Below the pieces are notes generated by a model. That model ran no database searches. It was not told the DNA's origin and saw only the letters and a list, made by a program, of their open reading frames with translations. A program made the translations under genes and the position numbers. A DNA stretch of 64,000 nucleotides from Camelus dromedarius (lineage: Eukaryota), in assembly GCF_036321535.1 (NCBI RefSeq), contig NC_087437.1, positions 57,848,001 through 57,912,000 of the forward strand, read 5' to 3'. Shown here one piece after another: positions 1-13,610 of this stretch (position 1 is the first letter of the stretch; each line of letters starts with the position of its first letter).

Positions 1-990
1 TGGGGGCAGGGGTAGGGGTGGAGCAGTTTCCTGTATACACTCATAACCATTCTCAGATGTGTTTTGGCATCACCGGGTGGCAATTTTCTTGCTCCTCTTA
101 AATGACATTAGGGATTCTAGGCCCATGACTGGTTGGGACTCTCAGAGGGCAGCAGGGATTCTGGTACCTGTCTTATCAGCTTGACCCAGGGAGACTGGGC
201 CTCTAGAATTCTGGGGCTCTTCAGTTCCCCACTTTCTGAGGAGGGGTTGCCTGCCATGTCCTTCCCTCCATGCTCCCTGTACACCGCCCCACCCATGCAC
301 AAGTGAAATAATAACTGTAGGTGGGAGACTGCAGCCAAAAGTCAATTGCTTTATATGGAGGTGGGGAAGGGGATTAGCTATGCTTACAGAAATGGAATAT
401 TATATCTAAGAGTTCCACTTCATGGATGAAACCCCATGATTACTTATATTTAGTTGCATATATGTATACATATACATATATATTTAGTTGAAATGTAGCA
501 ATGTCTCTAAGAGCTAGGAAGAGAGCAATATAGTTGTAGCTGTAATAATATATGAAAATATGATATCATATTGGAACTAAATTATCAAAAGACTGGAGTT
601 TAATATTGGAAAGTGAGGAGCAGCCCATAAAAGACAAAATGATCATTATCATAATGATTACTGTACATAAAATTTGCTGAACACGTGTGTGAAAAGGCAT
701 CATACAAAAATCAAATGAAGAAGTAGACAGTCATTGCTTACTAGGCACTATTGATTATTTTTTTGGTTGGATAACTCAGATGAGAGTTTGTTACCAAACA
801 GATAAATAGTATGCAACAGCCCCTAAAAGTGATCCAGAAAATTACCTGGATCAATTGGATTACTGAAGCACACAGATTAACCTATATTGGAGTCCTGGCT
901 CTGCTAACCTTGTAAATTTATAAAGTTAATTTTTTGAATCCCAATTTCCTCATCTACATATAGGACATAATAATATCCATCTCAGTGGGG

Positions 991-1118
991 TTTTTTTTGG
1001 GGGGGGATAATTAGGTTTATTTATTTACTTATTTATTTTAATGGAGGTGCTGGTTATTGAACCCAGGACCTCCTACATGCTAAGCATGTGCTCTACCACT
1101 GAGCTAAACCCTCTCCCC
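991..1118 (-). mobile_element. tRNA-Ala-derived SINE, camelid type
   Basis: Reverse complement reads GGGGAGAGGGTTTAGCTCAGTGGTAGAGCACATGCTTAGCATGTAGGAGGTCCTGGGTTCAAT...CACCTCC, followed by AAATAAATAAACCTAATTATCCCCCCCC and poly-A. Pol III A and B boxes are visible. It lies next to a MIR remnant (~886-985). Confidence 0.9.
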
Positions 1119-2868
1119 TTCAGAAAGAATTTTCAGTCCTGAAGTCTTGGGTACCATCTACAAAGATGGCTGGAAAAGACAATACATAAACTCATTTTCA
1201 CTCTCTCTTTTGGCTATTTAATTCAGTTATTGTATCAGTAACTGCTATCAGTTTTCTTTGGGCGTCTATGATTTCTTTGGATTTAACAGCACTTTGAAAG
1301 CAGTTACATATTAAGGAATCCAGCATGTGGTATTACATTATGAAATGAAAATGATATAAATAATGGTGTTATTATGAACAAAAATAAAAGTTTTTTTTAT
1401 AATAATGTCAACTTTGGAGCTTTAGACTTTACATGTTATTTTACATATATTAACCCCTTTAATCTATGCAATATCCTAGGATACAGGGATCTTATTCCTA
1501 CTTTATACATGAAGATATTAAAGTTCAGCAAGTTAATTCACTCAAGGTCTACGCAGCTAGAAAGTGGGAGATGGCATTTATATGCAGGTCTTCTGATTCG
1601 GGTTCAGGGGTCTTTTCACTACATCAAAGCATCCTGGAATCCCTTATGCAGGAAGTCAATCAGTAATTCATAATGTTCTAGAGATTTAAAGAATAAAACA
1701 TATTATCATTTTACCCTATTAACAGCTGTATGTATTTGTGATCACTCCTTGAGATCTCATGTGAGAACTTTTTATACCCAAGTTCTGAGAGCAACAGCGG
1801 TGTAACCAAGGTCCCTGGAAATCTATGTGAACCTGGTGCCAGGGTCAAGAATTTCATATTTTATTAGCTTATTTTCAAAGCTTAGCCATACAATTTTTGT
1901 GTTTAAAACATACAAATCAGCTATAGTGGTCCTAGGAGTTTACTATTAGAAGCTAATATAATTGCTGCAGGAGTGGGTAACAAATCATTTATACAAGCAG
2001 ATTGTGCTAAATTGCCAGAAGATAGAAAATTCTCAGACACTTGCCAATCATGAAAAAGAAAGTTAACTAACAAGAGGAGAAACACTGCCCCATAAGTAGC
2101 TCTCAGCAAATTCTATTAGCCTATTTCTAAGCTGAAGTCTTATCAGCACGCTCGGTGTGTCCAATACAGAGCATCTGTTATGTAAGTTACATTGGAATGC
2201 AATAGGATTCCTGGGCTGGAGGGAGGGGATGGGCAGCCGAGAAAAAACTGAGCCGTGAATTAAGTGAGATCCTCAAATTAGCTGTATGACAGTGACAGAA
2301 GTAAGGTCCCTTAGCAATCACCTCTGGTCCTCTCACTTTAATCAGTGACTGATGCCCAGAGGACAAAAATTACTTCCTCAAGGTCACACAGCAGGGGGTT
2401 TTCAGTGAAAATGGAAGATTTTAGGAAAAGGACTGAGCAAGAAAGCACTACATGTTATGGGGAAGGAGAGGGGTGAGGAAGGGAGGAGAGGGGAGGTAGG
2501 AAGTGTTGAGTATCGCCATGTACCAAGTACACCGGGGAAAACTCACATTTCTCTTCTCTACAAGCTGAAGGTTTCCATTGTTTGTATTACTTTACCGATG
2601 AGAAAAATAATCTTGGGAGAGTTTTAAAAATTGCCCAAGGCCACTAGACTATTCAGTGGTAGAATGGAGATTCTGACCCTGCTTCTTCCATCTCCAAGGT
2701 TTTCTCTCTCCCCTCTACCACTGTGTTCAATCTAACACGCAAGCTACAGATATCCAATTCATGCAAAATTATGGAATGAAGGCTAAAGTCTAGATACCCT
2801 AGTGATTTATCCCAGAACTAGTATGTGTACAGAACCAGGGAGGTGTATTGGATCAGAACACGTAGAAT

Positions 2869-2999
2869 GGGGCAGTGGGTATAGCTCAGTGGTAGAGTGC
2901 GTGCCTAGCATATATGAGGCCCTGCGGTCAATTCCCAGTATCTCCATTAAAATAAACAAATAAACCCAACTACCCCCCCCCCAAAATCAATTAAAAAAA
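2869..2999 (+). mobile_element. tRNA-Ala-derived SINE, camelid type
   Basis: GGGTATAGCTCAGTGGTAGAGTGCGTGCCTAGCATATATGAGGCCCTGCGGTCAATTCCCAGTATCTCC head, with the same AAATAAACC..TACCCCCC A-rich tail as the other two copies. Confidence 0.9.
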
Positions 3000-5444
3000 G
3001 AAGTAGCTATCAGAACGTATACAGAAAAGATAGAAAGAATATTAAAGAGAAATGTCTGAAATCATAAAAAACAAATTTTAAGCCTAAACTGCCTTGCACA
3101 CTGTTGGTACTTTATAGATAAGTAAATTTATTCGAAAACATATATAGTTTCAGGAAATGAAATTCTTACAATTGTAATTAATTTATTTTTAACCTAAATT
3201 TGTGTTAATATGTCAATAGCAACTGCAGAAAATTCAGAAAGGTTTATAAAAATTTCAAGGCTTTTCTTCTTTGCAGAAAAACATTTTTTTGCCAGCACTA
3301 CAAAAAATTGGATAACGTAGACATGTATTTGCTCCAAATCAGAAAGCCCACCAAAGCCAAGTGCTGCATGAAATTTGTCAAAAATCATTTACACATCCAT
3401 CTTTAAAACAATTCACTTCCTGTTGCTTGAAGGCCAGAGATGGAGGTTTGGGTCACAATTACTCATGTTCCACTACTTCCTGTACCACACATATAGCGGA
3501 GTATCACATGTACCTTGCCATATTTTATTGAATTATTAAGTTTGTGAAATACAGATTTCTTGGCCTCGGATTTTAAATCTTTCTAAAAGTGGCACCATCA
3601 ACTTATAGTTCTGGCTTGACAAGAACTGCAGATTCCACGCACTGATGACTTGATCACTTGCTGTTTGCTGTGTATCCCTGCTCCTCCTCCCTCCCCTTCC
3701 ACACACTTGCTTTGAGTTCTCTCCATCTCAGACTCCCTCCTCATCATATCATTTTCTAACAAAACACCGCCGGTCTATACACCTCTTCAAGATGCCTTGC
3801 CTTCCTTAGTCTGGTGGGATCTCCTCTATTTTCTATTCGTATGTCTTCCTAACTCATATCAGAAAACATTCAACATGGGCCTGGGTATTCTGCTTCACCT
3901 GGGGAGAGAAAAATCAGTGAGGAAAGTAGCATCTCTAGAGACAAGGAAGAACTGGGGTCCATCGTGGGCACAACTGGACGAATGTAGCAGCTTTTCTCTA
4001 AGAAGAGTACCATCTGCCCCCTGTGTGAGGGAGCCTGGGTGCTGGAACTTTCTAGCCAGCCCTTTGGATGACAGGTTAGAATCTCTTCAAGAAAGTAGCG
4101 AGGTGGTGGCACTGAGGTGAAGGGAGGTTATGAAATAAGCTTAAACTGCCTTCTTCCCATCACCCAATGGGGTTCAGTCGAAGGCCAACCACCTCATTCA
4201 TCATTCACGCAAAAGGTAAAAAGTCATTTAAAACCCAGTATGAGCAAGGCACGGTGCCAGATGGATGGGGCCAATGATAGGAAAGGAAATAGCTGAAAAA
4301 TGTTTCAGTTGCAGTAGCCGGAAAGTCCAATTACTTTAGAGTTAAAGAAATTATTGAGATTTTCTGCACAAGCCCTTCATTTTGCAGGTGGAGAACTTAA
4401 GACCTTGGAGAAGGATGGGCATATGGGCATGGGTAGAAGGAAACTGAGATGAGGCTAGTCCTACCACAAACAAAATTGGAAGCTGTTAGCACCTTTTTGC
4501 CACAGTGCCTAATCACAACAGTTTAAGTGGAAAAAAATGGATCAAAACAATTAACTGACTACTCCTTTCAGTTCTATTTTGCCACAGGCTATGAAAACAA
4601 TAAAACAGATTAGGCAGGAGGAGCCTCAAACAGGGCAAATAACCCTGGATACTTGAATAGCTTTCCTGGATTCAGGACTCTAGAATTATACCTGCTCCTC
4701 CTTTAACTCAACCCAGACAGGGTAAGCAGGAATTTCATCTGGGGTCGTTTTTTTTTAATCAGTGTTGTGGGACACTGCATACTTTTAACAAAGCTCTGTT
4801 AGGATGAGTTCTCTTCATTGGAAAAGGAGATTCTGTTTTTGTGAATTGCAGCTGTCTTTGCTGGCATCCCCTGGGGCATTGTTTGAACCACCTGGTCTTG
4901 GGTGTTAGAATCGAATTCTTCTTCATCTGCTGCTACCAGCATCTCCAATCCTGCCATGGATCCTGGTAAACAAACACTTAACACCCTGTGTTCTGGTCCT
5001 GGCCACAGGTCCTTTTGGTCTGCTGGCTTTCTTTCCTCCTACCATTGTTTCCTTCTCAGGGTTACGGGAAATTTAGGGCTGCTCACCACACTGTGTGCAT
5101 AAGAGTCTGAGAAGTGGCCATCTTGTCCATCTTCTCTGGCTCCTGAGCAGCTGGAGATCATCTACCATCCTAGTATCATTCAGAACTCAGCACTTCTCCA
5201 TGAGGCTTAGAGCTGCCCCTGCAGAACAAGACCGTCTGCTCCAGAATCCCCTCAAACTTATCCAAGGGTCCTATCTTCCCTTAATCTCCAGATCTTGACC
5301 TGAGGCAAAAGGGAAAGGGTGTTGGGCATTTCTTGGAGACACAGTGCATGGCAGTTCAACTCATAGCTCCTCCAGGCGTTCCTTCCAGCTTGAAGGAACC
5401 CTTTAGCCATGGCCCTTTTCGTGTTTTATGGTTCTGACTCACTA

Positions 5445-6161
5445 TTCAAAATACATCCAGAAACTGATAATTCCTCACCCCTCCACCACTACCATGATAG
5501 TCTGAGTTATTTCCAATCATCCTTCATCTTATCACTGTAATTGCCTCCGCACTGGTCTGTTTCCTCCCATGGTTCTCTACAGTCAGAAGAGCAGCCACAG
5601 AGATTCCCTTAAAAGTGCAAGTTACCTGACTTGCATCATCATTCCTCTGCTCTACAAAACCCTCTATTGGCTTCTCCTTCACTCAAGAGTAAAATCCAAA
5701 GTCCTGACATTGACCTGTGAAACCCAACGTGATCTGCCCTTCGCTCCTCCTCTCTGGCACCACTTTAGTTCCTCCTGACTTGTGCCTTTGCACAGGTTGT
5801 TCCCTTTGCTCAGATCCAGATCTCCGCATGGCTTTTCCCTCGCTGCCTTCAGGTCTGATCAATTATCACACATCGGGGAGACCTTCCTTCCGGCTCAACC
5901 AAGCACAAAATGGCAACCGTACCCTCTGTGACACTCATCTCTTTCTCTCCTCCCTCTTCTCTCTGTGGCATTTATTACCACCCGACTCATTATTTGTTTG
6001 TTTGTGAGATACTTATTGCCCAGCTGCACCCATCAGAATGTAAACTCCACGAGAATTCTCTGTTTTATTCACCGCTGCATATCCCATGCCTGGTAGGTTT
6101 TAGATGCTCAATAACTAATTGTAGGATGAGTGAATAATGAATGAATGAATGAATGAATGAA
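5445..6161 (+). mobile_element. L2 LINE 3' fragment with (TGAA)n tail
   Basis: L2-type motifs AAAATCCAAAGTCCT, AGAATGTAAACTCCA and GATGCTCAATAA, ending in GAATGAATGAATGAA. Confidence 0.8.
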
Positions 6162-7704
6162 TTCAGAACTCACAGTCCAGCCAACTTGGGCTCTTTATAT
6201 GCAAAATCAGAGTTCTGGAATGTGGGGAAAAAAAATCCCACAAGCAACCTGCATTGGGTTTCAAGTCTATTTCCTCTCTTTGGGCCCTTTTTTAAAGTCT
6301 AATTTGAAATTCAAAGCTGAGCATTGATTTCTTTGTTCTGGGTTGTATCTGGCCTCCTTCTGAGGCTTGAAATATACTGGCTTAACGGGTAGAAAACCTT
6401 GGAACAACAAAGGAAAAAGCAGGCAGAAAAAATTCTCTTCTTACGAAAATCCTCAAATCGCATCCCTCTACCTAAGAATGTAAGGATGTAGTAAGGATTT
6501 AAATGGTCTTGGTCTTAATCTGCCGAGACATTTCTTTCATTCTCAGTCTCACCTTGAAGTCCTTAAATATTGATAGGTAAGCAGCTTGTAGCTCAGGTTG
6601 AAATTATAAAAGAAAGCAGGCTACGAGGAAGCAAAGCAGCTGAAATTTTCTGAAGAACACAGGGAGAGCTGAGGCCTGCAATACCTGGTACAGACATTTG
6701 AACCAGAGACTGTCCTGGAAGCTCTGTTCTCAGAAGCTGGGTAATAGGCTTTAATAATGAAACACAAGAGTGAAGAAAATGGATAGAATGAGTGGCATCG
6801 AATGATGAATAGAATATTTTTGGAATTTTCAAATGCAATAATGGTTTATGCCTGGGCTGCAAGGTGGCAATCCATGGTCACCCGTCCTCAAGCCCGTTTT
6901 ATCTCGTCTATATTTGTTACTGGAAAAATTTCACATGTAAGCCCTGATTCTCAGTCTCCTTTTAAAAATGGAAGGTCTGCTGGTCTTCCTTGTTAAGAAA
7001 AAATGATTCCAGTGTTGGAAATAACTCAAAATGATTCCTACATGTTCCTTACATTTTAAGAGAGCCTTGTCCAAAAGCCTTCCTAAGATTTATACAATGA
7101 TCTCAGCCCTGGGCAATCTAGGACCTAGACGCTAGGGATGTAATATTGTTTGATTTACTGTTTACAATTGATTAGGGCCAAGACCCTTTACAGTTAGGTG
7201 TTAACTTGTAGAAGACTGGTTTGAAATTATTTTTGTCCAGCAGAAAAAATAATCCTGTCAGTAACAGTTTTATTACTCTGTAGGGTGTTAACTGGTTTTG
7301 TAACTAAATTAATCTTATTTAAGCATTCTTTCTTCTACTGACTGTATAAATATGCCAATCTCTCATTTCCTCCTTTGAACCAGCTTTATCATCTTGATAA
7401 AATCTTAATAATGAGTTAGATTCACCTTTGACATGTGCTCACAACAATGTTTGGAAGACAGTCATGTTTTTCTCTTTTGGAAAATTACATTTGTACTGCT
7501 TCACATTCCCAAATGGCCACCAAGCAACGCTGAAATAATCAGCACCTGCTCCCATTAAGCAGAAGCTGCTCTCCAGTTCAACACGGTCCCCTCCTCCCAC
7601 TCTTTATAATCTTATTCCCAGCCCCTGCCCTCATTCATTGTCCTTCAGGGCATCTCTTAGCCTATTTGTTCATAACTTCTGACTTGTACCTTGAGGTTTT
7701 ACCA

Positions 7705-7880
7705 GAGCGGGGGTTCTTACACTTGAACACGGGTCAGGATGTCCAGGAGGGACTGAGCTCCACCCCAGAGTCTCTGAATCACCAGGCTAGGGGTGGGTCT
7801 CAAGAATCTGCATTTCTAAGAAGTTCTCAGGCGCAGCTGGAGCTCCTGGTGCAGGGACCTCACTGGGAAAACCATTGCTG
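7705..7880. mobile_element. MER5-family hAT-Charlie DNA transposon remnant
   Basis: GGGGTGGGTCTCAAGAATCTGCATTTCTAAGAAGTTCTCAGG core and GAAAACCATTG end. Confidence 0.75.
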
Positions 7881-8764
7881 TAGTAAGTGGTGAGGCTTTA
7901 GCTTGGCCTTCGTGGGTGAGAAGACATGTTCCCACGATAACAATTTGGCACGCTGAATGCAAGACGCAGTAAAGGAAGTTTCATTTAAAATTTTTTTAAA
8001 TGTGAATTATATCAGGTAGCGGGTAGCTTTTTGTATGATGTTTACGCCACTTGAGAATCAACTGTTGATATGCGACTGAAGGAATGAAAAGAGCAATTAT
8101 TCTAAGTTTATTATAAAACCGAGGCTCAGCTCAATGACTCTTTTTTTTTTTTTTTTAAGTTGAAGGCAAGAAAGTCTTAGGAGCCTCTCCAGGGCAAGGC
8201 CTAACATCAGCTCGTAGTATGAGCCCAGCAAATATCTAATGACTTACGGTGTATTTCTATGTATTCTAATGGTTTCCAAAGACTTTCATGGTCATGGTCT
8301 CATTCAATGCTAATAACAATCCTGTGTTAGATATGGCATATGTATTACACTATGTCACAGAAAAATACGCTGCGTCTCAGAGGGGTCCTGTGGCTTCTCC
8401 TCAGAAGCACAGCAACACGTGTGGCAACACCAGGGCTACTGCCTGATTTACTGTCTTGCTTATTTGCTAACACACAGCCACGGCCAGGTTGATAATAACA
8501 CGAGGGCTGATGGTAAACTAAAAGATTCTTAAAATGCAGTTGGGCCCCCAATAAAAAAATGTTTTGCTCACAAATAGCAGAAAACATCTACTTTACTTAA
8601 AAAAAAAAAAAAACCCTCATACAACGGTTTGGCAGTGACCACTTGGAATAAGATAAAAAAACAGACTCCAATTAATCAGCTTCAGGTAGGAAAGGAGTGT
8701 CCCGACCTTTCTGGAATTTAAAATTTTGCAGAAAGAAGACAGAAAGGGGATGTGCTGAAGCAGG

Positions 8765-9015
8765 ATGGACATTGGAGTGAAATCTCCACTCTGTCATTGA
8801 CCGGAGGTGAAACCTTGAAAAATCGCCTTACCTCCATGAAACTTAATTTCCTTCTCTATAAAATAAACCACTTGTAGGTATTAATTTCCTCCCCTATAAA
8901 ATAAACCTAATATTTCTTGTAAAGATTAAGCAAAAATACATGTTTAAATAAGAATGAACATATAAAGTACCCAGTCCAGGACCTGAGCATGGCGGATGCC
9001 CAGTTAAGAGCTAAT
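8765..9015 (+). mobile_element. MIR with a small internal duplication
   Basis: Degenerate MIR core (GTGAAACCTTG...AATTTCCTTCTCTATAAAAT) and 3' part (AAGATTAAG...AAAGTACCCAG). Confidence 0.6.
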
Positions 9016-10407
9016 TCCTACCTCGACTCTGATCCCTTGGAAGGGCAGGAGGGTGCACTGGGACTAGCAGGATTTAAATATTAAGAAAGATGTTGAATGA
9101 ACATCCATTGCTCATTCCACTGAATCGTCTCAATTTTGTTGAATTGTTCAAGCATCAAACCACAATATATTCCAGAAAAAGCAAATACAGGCCTATTATT
9201 GCAACACTGATCCAATTCCCCATTGACAGCTACACTAAGAAACTGTCAGCACCTATTAGCACCATCACAGGTGATTTCAGTGGCTAGGTCTGTTGTAACA
9301 TATTGTATATTCATTTGATAGTGTTGTGGTGAAGAGATCCACAAGAAAGAACAAGGCAATAGCCTGAATTACAAAGGAGGAAAGGGGAGAAAACTGGATA
9401 AATTGCATGCATCTTGGCTGCAGAGATGTTACACAGTTACAAGCAGCATGAAAGGAAATCTGCATAATTGTAGTCTGCATGGAACTGGGGACAAACGGAA
9501 AGGCTGGCTGTGGCAAGGGAGAAAGGAGAGAAATCTGCGAAACCCGCCACTCTGCATTCCAGACACAGATAGATTTCCTCTCCACAGGGCGCCCTGGCTA
9601 GACTCGCCAGTTATGAGTATGACAAAGCAGAAAACAAACGCACTGATCAAAGTGCTGGATTCATCCTCAGACTCAGATACACCTTACAAGGAATCAGGGA
9701 GGTTCAGCTGGATGGCAGTCTGGCATTTTGATGCAAACGATGCTGGGATGGATGGCAAACCTGCATTTTCCCTGGTGTATATGCTCATAATTGGTAAAAT
9801 GGGTAATGAAGATTGAGAGTTTGTTTGGAACAGAAACACTAGAAAAGAGACAACACTTTGTTCCCCATTGTAAGGACATAGCGGACTCCAGCTGTGCTGA
9901 AATTGCCTACCTGCTACTCCCCTGGTGGAAATGTAGCAGGATTTCTGTCGTTCGTAGTAAAACACGAGCCCTCCCTGGAACACCCGTTACTGCGGGATTA
10001 CAGATGTGCTACAGTCTGAACTGTATTACAGAACTCTAACCAACACGCTTAGAAACGCCTGACACTCCACTGTGCCTCAGATACCAGCACCACCACTGAA
10101 TCGCAGCAAAGAAGAACAAGCTGCACTTCCTGCGCCTTATTGAAAGAGAGTATTTTATACTGTTCAGGACCCCCGAGGCAGCCTTGTTCACACACAGCTA
10201 CACGGAGCCCTCTACCTGGCTGACACCTCGTTCCTTATGCGATTCGTAATAATGCCAAGTATTTATCAAGTGCTCAGGACTGGGCCAGGCACTTTACATG
10301 GAAAATGTTTTCCCCCTCAAAAGTACAGGCAGCTCTGAAAGCCGAGACCCTAGTCGGTTCATTCGTTGGGAGCATGGGAACTGGTCTTGGTATCCTGAAG
10401 ACAGTAC

Positions 10408-10540
10408 AAGGTTCCTCAAACACACATCTCGTGCCCACAGACCTCCCAGGGATTGTATCAAAATGCAGATTCCGTGTCAGTAGGTCTGGAGAAAAGCCCG
10501 AGACTCTGCATTTCTCAGAACGCCCTAGAGCACATGGCAC
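10408..10540. mobile_element. MER5-family DNA transposon remnant
   Basis: AAAATGCAGATTC...AGTAGGTCTGG...CCCGAGACTCTGCATTTCT. Confidence 0.7.
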
Positions 10541-10699
10541 AGCAAACAGCAGACTCTGTATAAAGCTAAATGGACCAGAGGAAAGGTCAAGGCACTTAGA
10601 TTAGACAAGCACGTTCCAAATCCAAGGATTAGAATGGACTAGCCAGGTTTCCTCCAGCCCTAAATTCCAACATACCTTTTAAGAATGTCAGCTTTAGAA

Positions 10700-10960
10700 T
10701 CCTATGGGCCTGAGTTTGGGCCTTACCTTTGTAATTTACTAACTCTGAGACCTTGGATAAGATAACTTCTCTGAACCTCATTTTTTCTACCTGTAAAATG
10801 GCTAGACTACCTATATACCACCCATATTGCCTGTTACATGATGACTACCTCAGAAGGCCTTTATGAGGATTAAGTTAAACAATACACTTAAAATACATAG
10901 TAAGATGCCTAGAAGATAATAAATCTGGGAGATAATAAAAATGATGACAGCCAATATTAT
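10700..10960 (+). mobile_element. MIR SINE
   Basis: TGAGACCTTGGATAAGATAACTTCTCTGAACCTCATTTTTTCTACCTGTAAAATGG core, then TGAGGATTAA. Confidence 0.75.
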
Positions 10961-11240
10961 TATTGCCATTTGTGCAAGTATCTCTGATTATCAGTTTCTA
11001 ACCTTAGCAGAAGGAAGAGAGTAATTTTATGGGGGAAAAGTTTACTTATTTACCAAACTAACACATATTTATTGAGGGATTTCTGATTCAGGCATAATCT
11101 AGCACTGAGGACACCTCATCTAAGAAGTCATACAATGGCCTTGCTTCCATACAGGTGACATTTTAGGGGGAGGGGAAAACAAAAATTAAATATTTAAATA
11201 AATATACATAGTGATAAATGCTTTTTAAAAGTAAAGCAGA

Positions 11241-11672
11241 CAACTATATGACACTCTGGAAAACTCAAAACTAAGGTTGTATAAAGATCAGTAAAAAGAC
11301 AGTAGAAAGATCAGATTGGTGGTTGTCAGGTTGTCAGGGGTTAAGGGGAGAAGGAATGAACAGGTGGAGCACAGAGGACTTTAGGGCAGTGGAACTAGTT
11401 TGCACGAGACTGTAATGGTGGATGCATGTCATTACGTATTTGTCAAAACCCACAGAGTGTACAACCCCAAGAGTTAACCCTAATGTAAACTGTGGGCTTT
11501 GGGTGATTATGAGGTTCACCAATCATAAAAAAATACCATTCTGGTGCAGGATGCTGATAACAGGGGAGGTTATGCATGTGTGGGGGCAGGGGGTACAAGG
11601 GAACCTCTGTACTTTCTGCTCAATCTTGCTGTGAACTTAAAATGGCTGTAAAAAATAAAGTCTATTTAAAAT
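11241..11672 (+). mobile_element. L1MC1-like LINE-1 3' end, interrupting an L2
   Basis: 3' UTR motifs GTCAAAACCCACAGAGTGTACAACCCCAAGAGTTAACCCTAATGTAAAC and CTCTGTACTTTCTGCTCAATCTTGCTGTGAAC...AATAAAGTCTATT. Minus-strand L2 pieces lie on both flanks. Confidence 0.85.
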
Positions 11673-11860
11673 GAAAAAAAGGAAGGAAGGGAGGGAGGGA
11701 GGGGAGATAGAGTGAGAGGAGGAAAGAAAGAAGGAAGGAAAAAAGGAAGAAAGAAAGAAGAAAGAAAAGAAAGAAGAGAAACAAAGAAAGGAGAGAGAGA
11801 CAAAGAAAGGAAGAAAGAAAGGAAGGAGGGAAGGAAGAGAGGAGTCGAGAGGATAGAGAG
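11673..11860. repeat. GA-rich low-complexity tract (GAAA/GGAA units)
   Basis: Almost pure purine run directly after the L1 tail. Confidence 0.9.
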
Positions 11861-13399
11861 AAGCTGACAGGGGGAAAGGGTACCTGAGATACTGTGGTCA
11901 GGGAAGTTCCCTCTGAGGAGGTGGTGTTTGTGCAAAAATTGAATGATGAGGAGCCAATTATATAACCCATCCCTCAGCTCTTCCCTCAGGCTTCATGCTG
12001 TGTCTGTGGACATGCTGAAAGTTGCACAAGTTCTCAGAGGTGTGGAGTTGATCAGGCTGATGAGAAGTGTCCCCTCTAAGGGGTGAGTGGGTTGCTGCCA
12101 TAGTATGTGTGCAACTCAGTTTCTAAAAGACAGAATTTCAATAGGTCTTTGCTAAGGTGAGGATCTAGGATTCCCCTCTGTGTATGACCCAGACAAAATA
12201 TCACTGCTTATAAATACCTGGCTTTTCTAATGAAATCAGTGCATGTTAACAATAACCGTCACTCACTTGGCACTATCTGATCTATGTGCCATACATTTGA
12301 CTCTCACTACCTCATTGATCATCCAGGGAGCCCTGTAACAAAAATATGGTTATTCTCCTTTTACACAGAGAGAAATGAGGCTTAAGATGTGATAACCATC
12401 CAAGTCACACAGTTATTAAAATCCAGAGCACAGATTTGAATGCAGGTTGCCCAACTTTGGGCTGCCAAGCAGCTTCCAACAAGGAACTTCCCTTCAGCAA
12501 ACTTCAGCCTTCCCTCTGACTCAGGAACATAAATCGTCCTCTTCGAAACAGTGTGCTATATCTTAAGAGCAATCGCAGTGGCAGGCTGAGCAAACTGTGT
12601 GAATACAAATGTTTACTACTGGAACGTAATAAGAATGCAAAGACAGCCTCAAGGATGATGCACACACTTGGCCACAATTTTATCTTTTGTTTCTGATTGC
12701 TTCCTTTTAACTTTTGAAATGTTTTCATCATGAGTCATTAGTCAGCCATCTACTCCTGACATTGGAAGCCCACTATTTGGCTAAGGTTGGAGAAAAAACA
12801 CACCCCAAGCTGCCACCTCTCATAGCAATTCCCATGAAACTCACCAGCGTCCAGGTAGACCCTATCCAGTCCCTTAAAGGCAGAGTAAGAGGTGCAGTTC
12901 CCCTGAGAGGGGGCCACCTAGAGAGGGTCCCTCAACACAGGAAGGAGATGGAGGCTTGGAAAAGGAGGGCGAGGAAGGAGGAAGGGGGTGGTATTTGGAG
13001 TTAGTGGAAGAGGAGGGGTTCAGAGATGTCGGACTTGAGTCCTCATCCTCCAGCTCACTAGAGCTTCTGTTTCTGTATAAAATGCACACAGCAGCACCAG
13101 GGTGAGGGGAGGCTAAATGCGACGTGACGTGATTGCTGTTACCTATGCCGGACACATCACACGCTCCCCAAATATACCCGTTTCTTTGTTGGAGTAAAAG
13201 ATTTTGTTCATTTTTCACTCCACTGTTTTAAAAATATGTTGATTATTACTCTTGTTATTCCAGTGCATGCTTCATCAATTTTATTTAAGCTCTCCATCTA
13301 TTTCAATAGAACTTTGACAACTTAAAAAAAAAAGGTATAAACATTTTGTCGGTGGAAATTTTCTCGTCAGCCCTTTCCATTTTAATACCAGCAAATAAG

Positions 13400-13610
13400 A
13401 ATAGTTAACATCCCCTGAGCACTTACGCTCAGTCACCGTCGGTAGGTCACCGTCCCAAAGAAACTGAATTCAGCCTCGTAACAACCTTGACAGGGAGAGG
13501 CCACTGGCATCCCCATTTTACAGATGAGGAAACTGACACTGAGAAATGAGTGGTTTGCCCAAGTCACACATCTAGTAGGTGGTAGAAGCAAGATCAGAAC
13601 ATGATCCATA
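13400..13610 (-). mobile_element. MIR SINE
   Basis: Well-preserved core CCCCATTTTACAGATGAGGAAACTGA...TTGCCCAAGTCACACA. Confidence 0.85.

Noticed and set aside
2..21. G-quadruplex at the window edge
   Set aside because: Only three full G-runs are visible and the upstream context is outside the window.
1040..1118. tRNA-Ala genes (also at 2869 and 19863)
   Set aside because: The stems are disrupted and each copy has the shared SINE tail and poly-A, so these are SINE heads.
11662..11970. Hydrophobic F/L/S-rich ORFs resembling membrane proteins
   Set aside because: They are translations of the GA-rich low-complexity tract.
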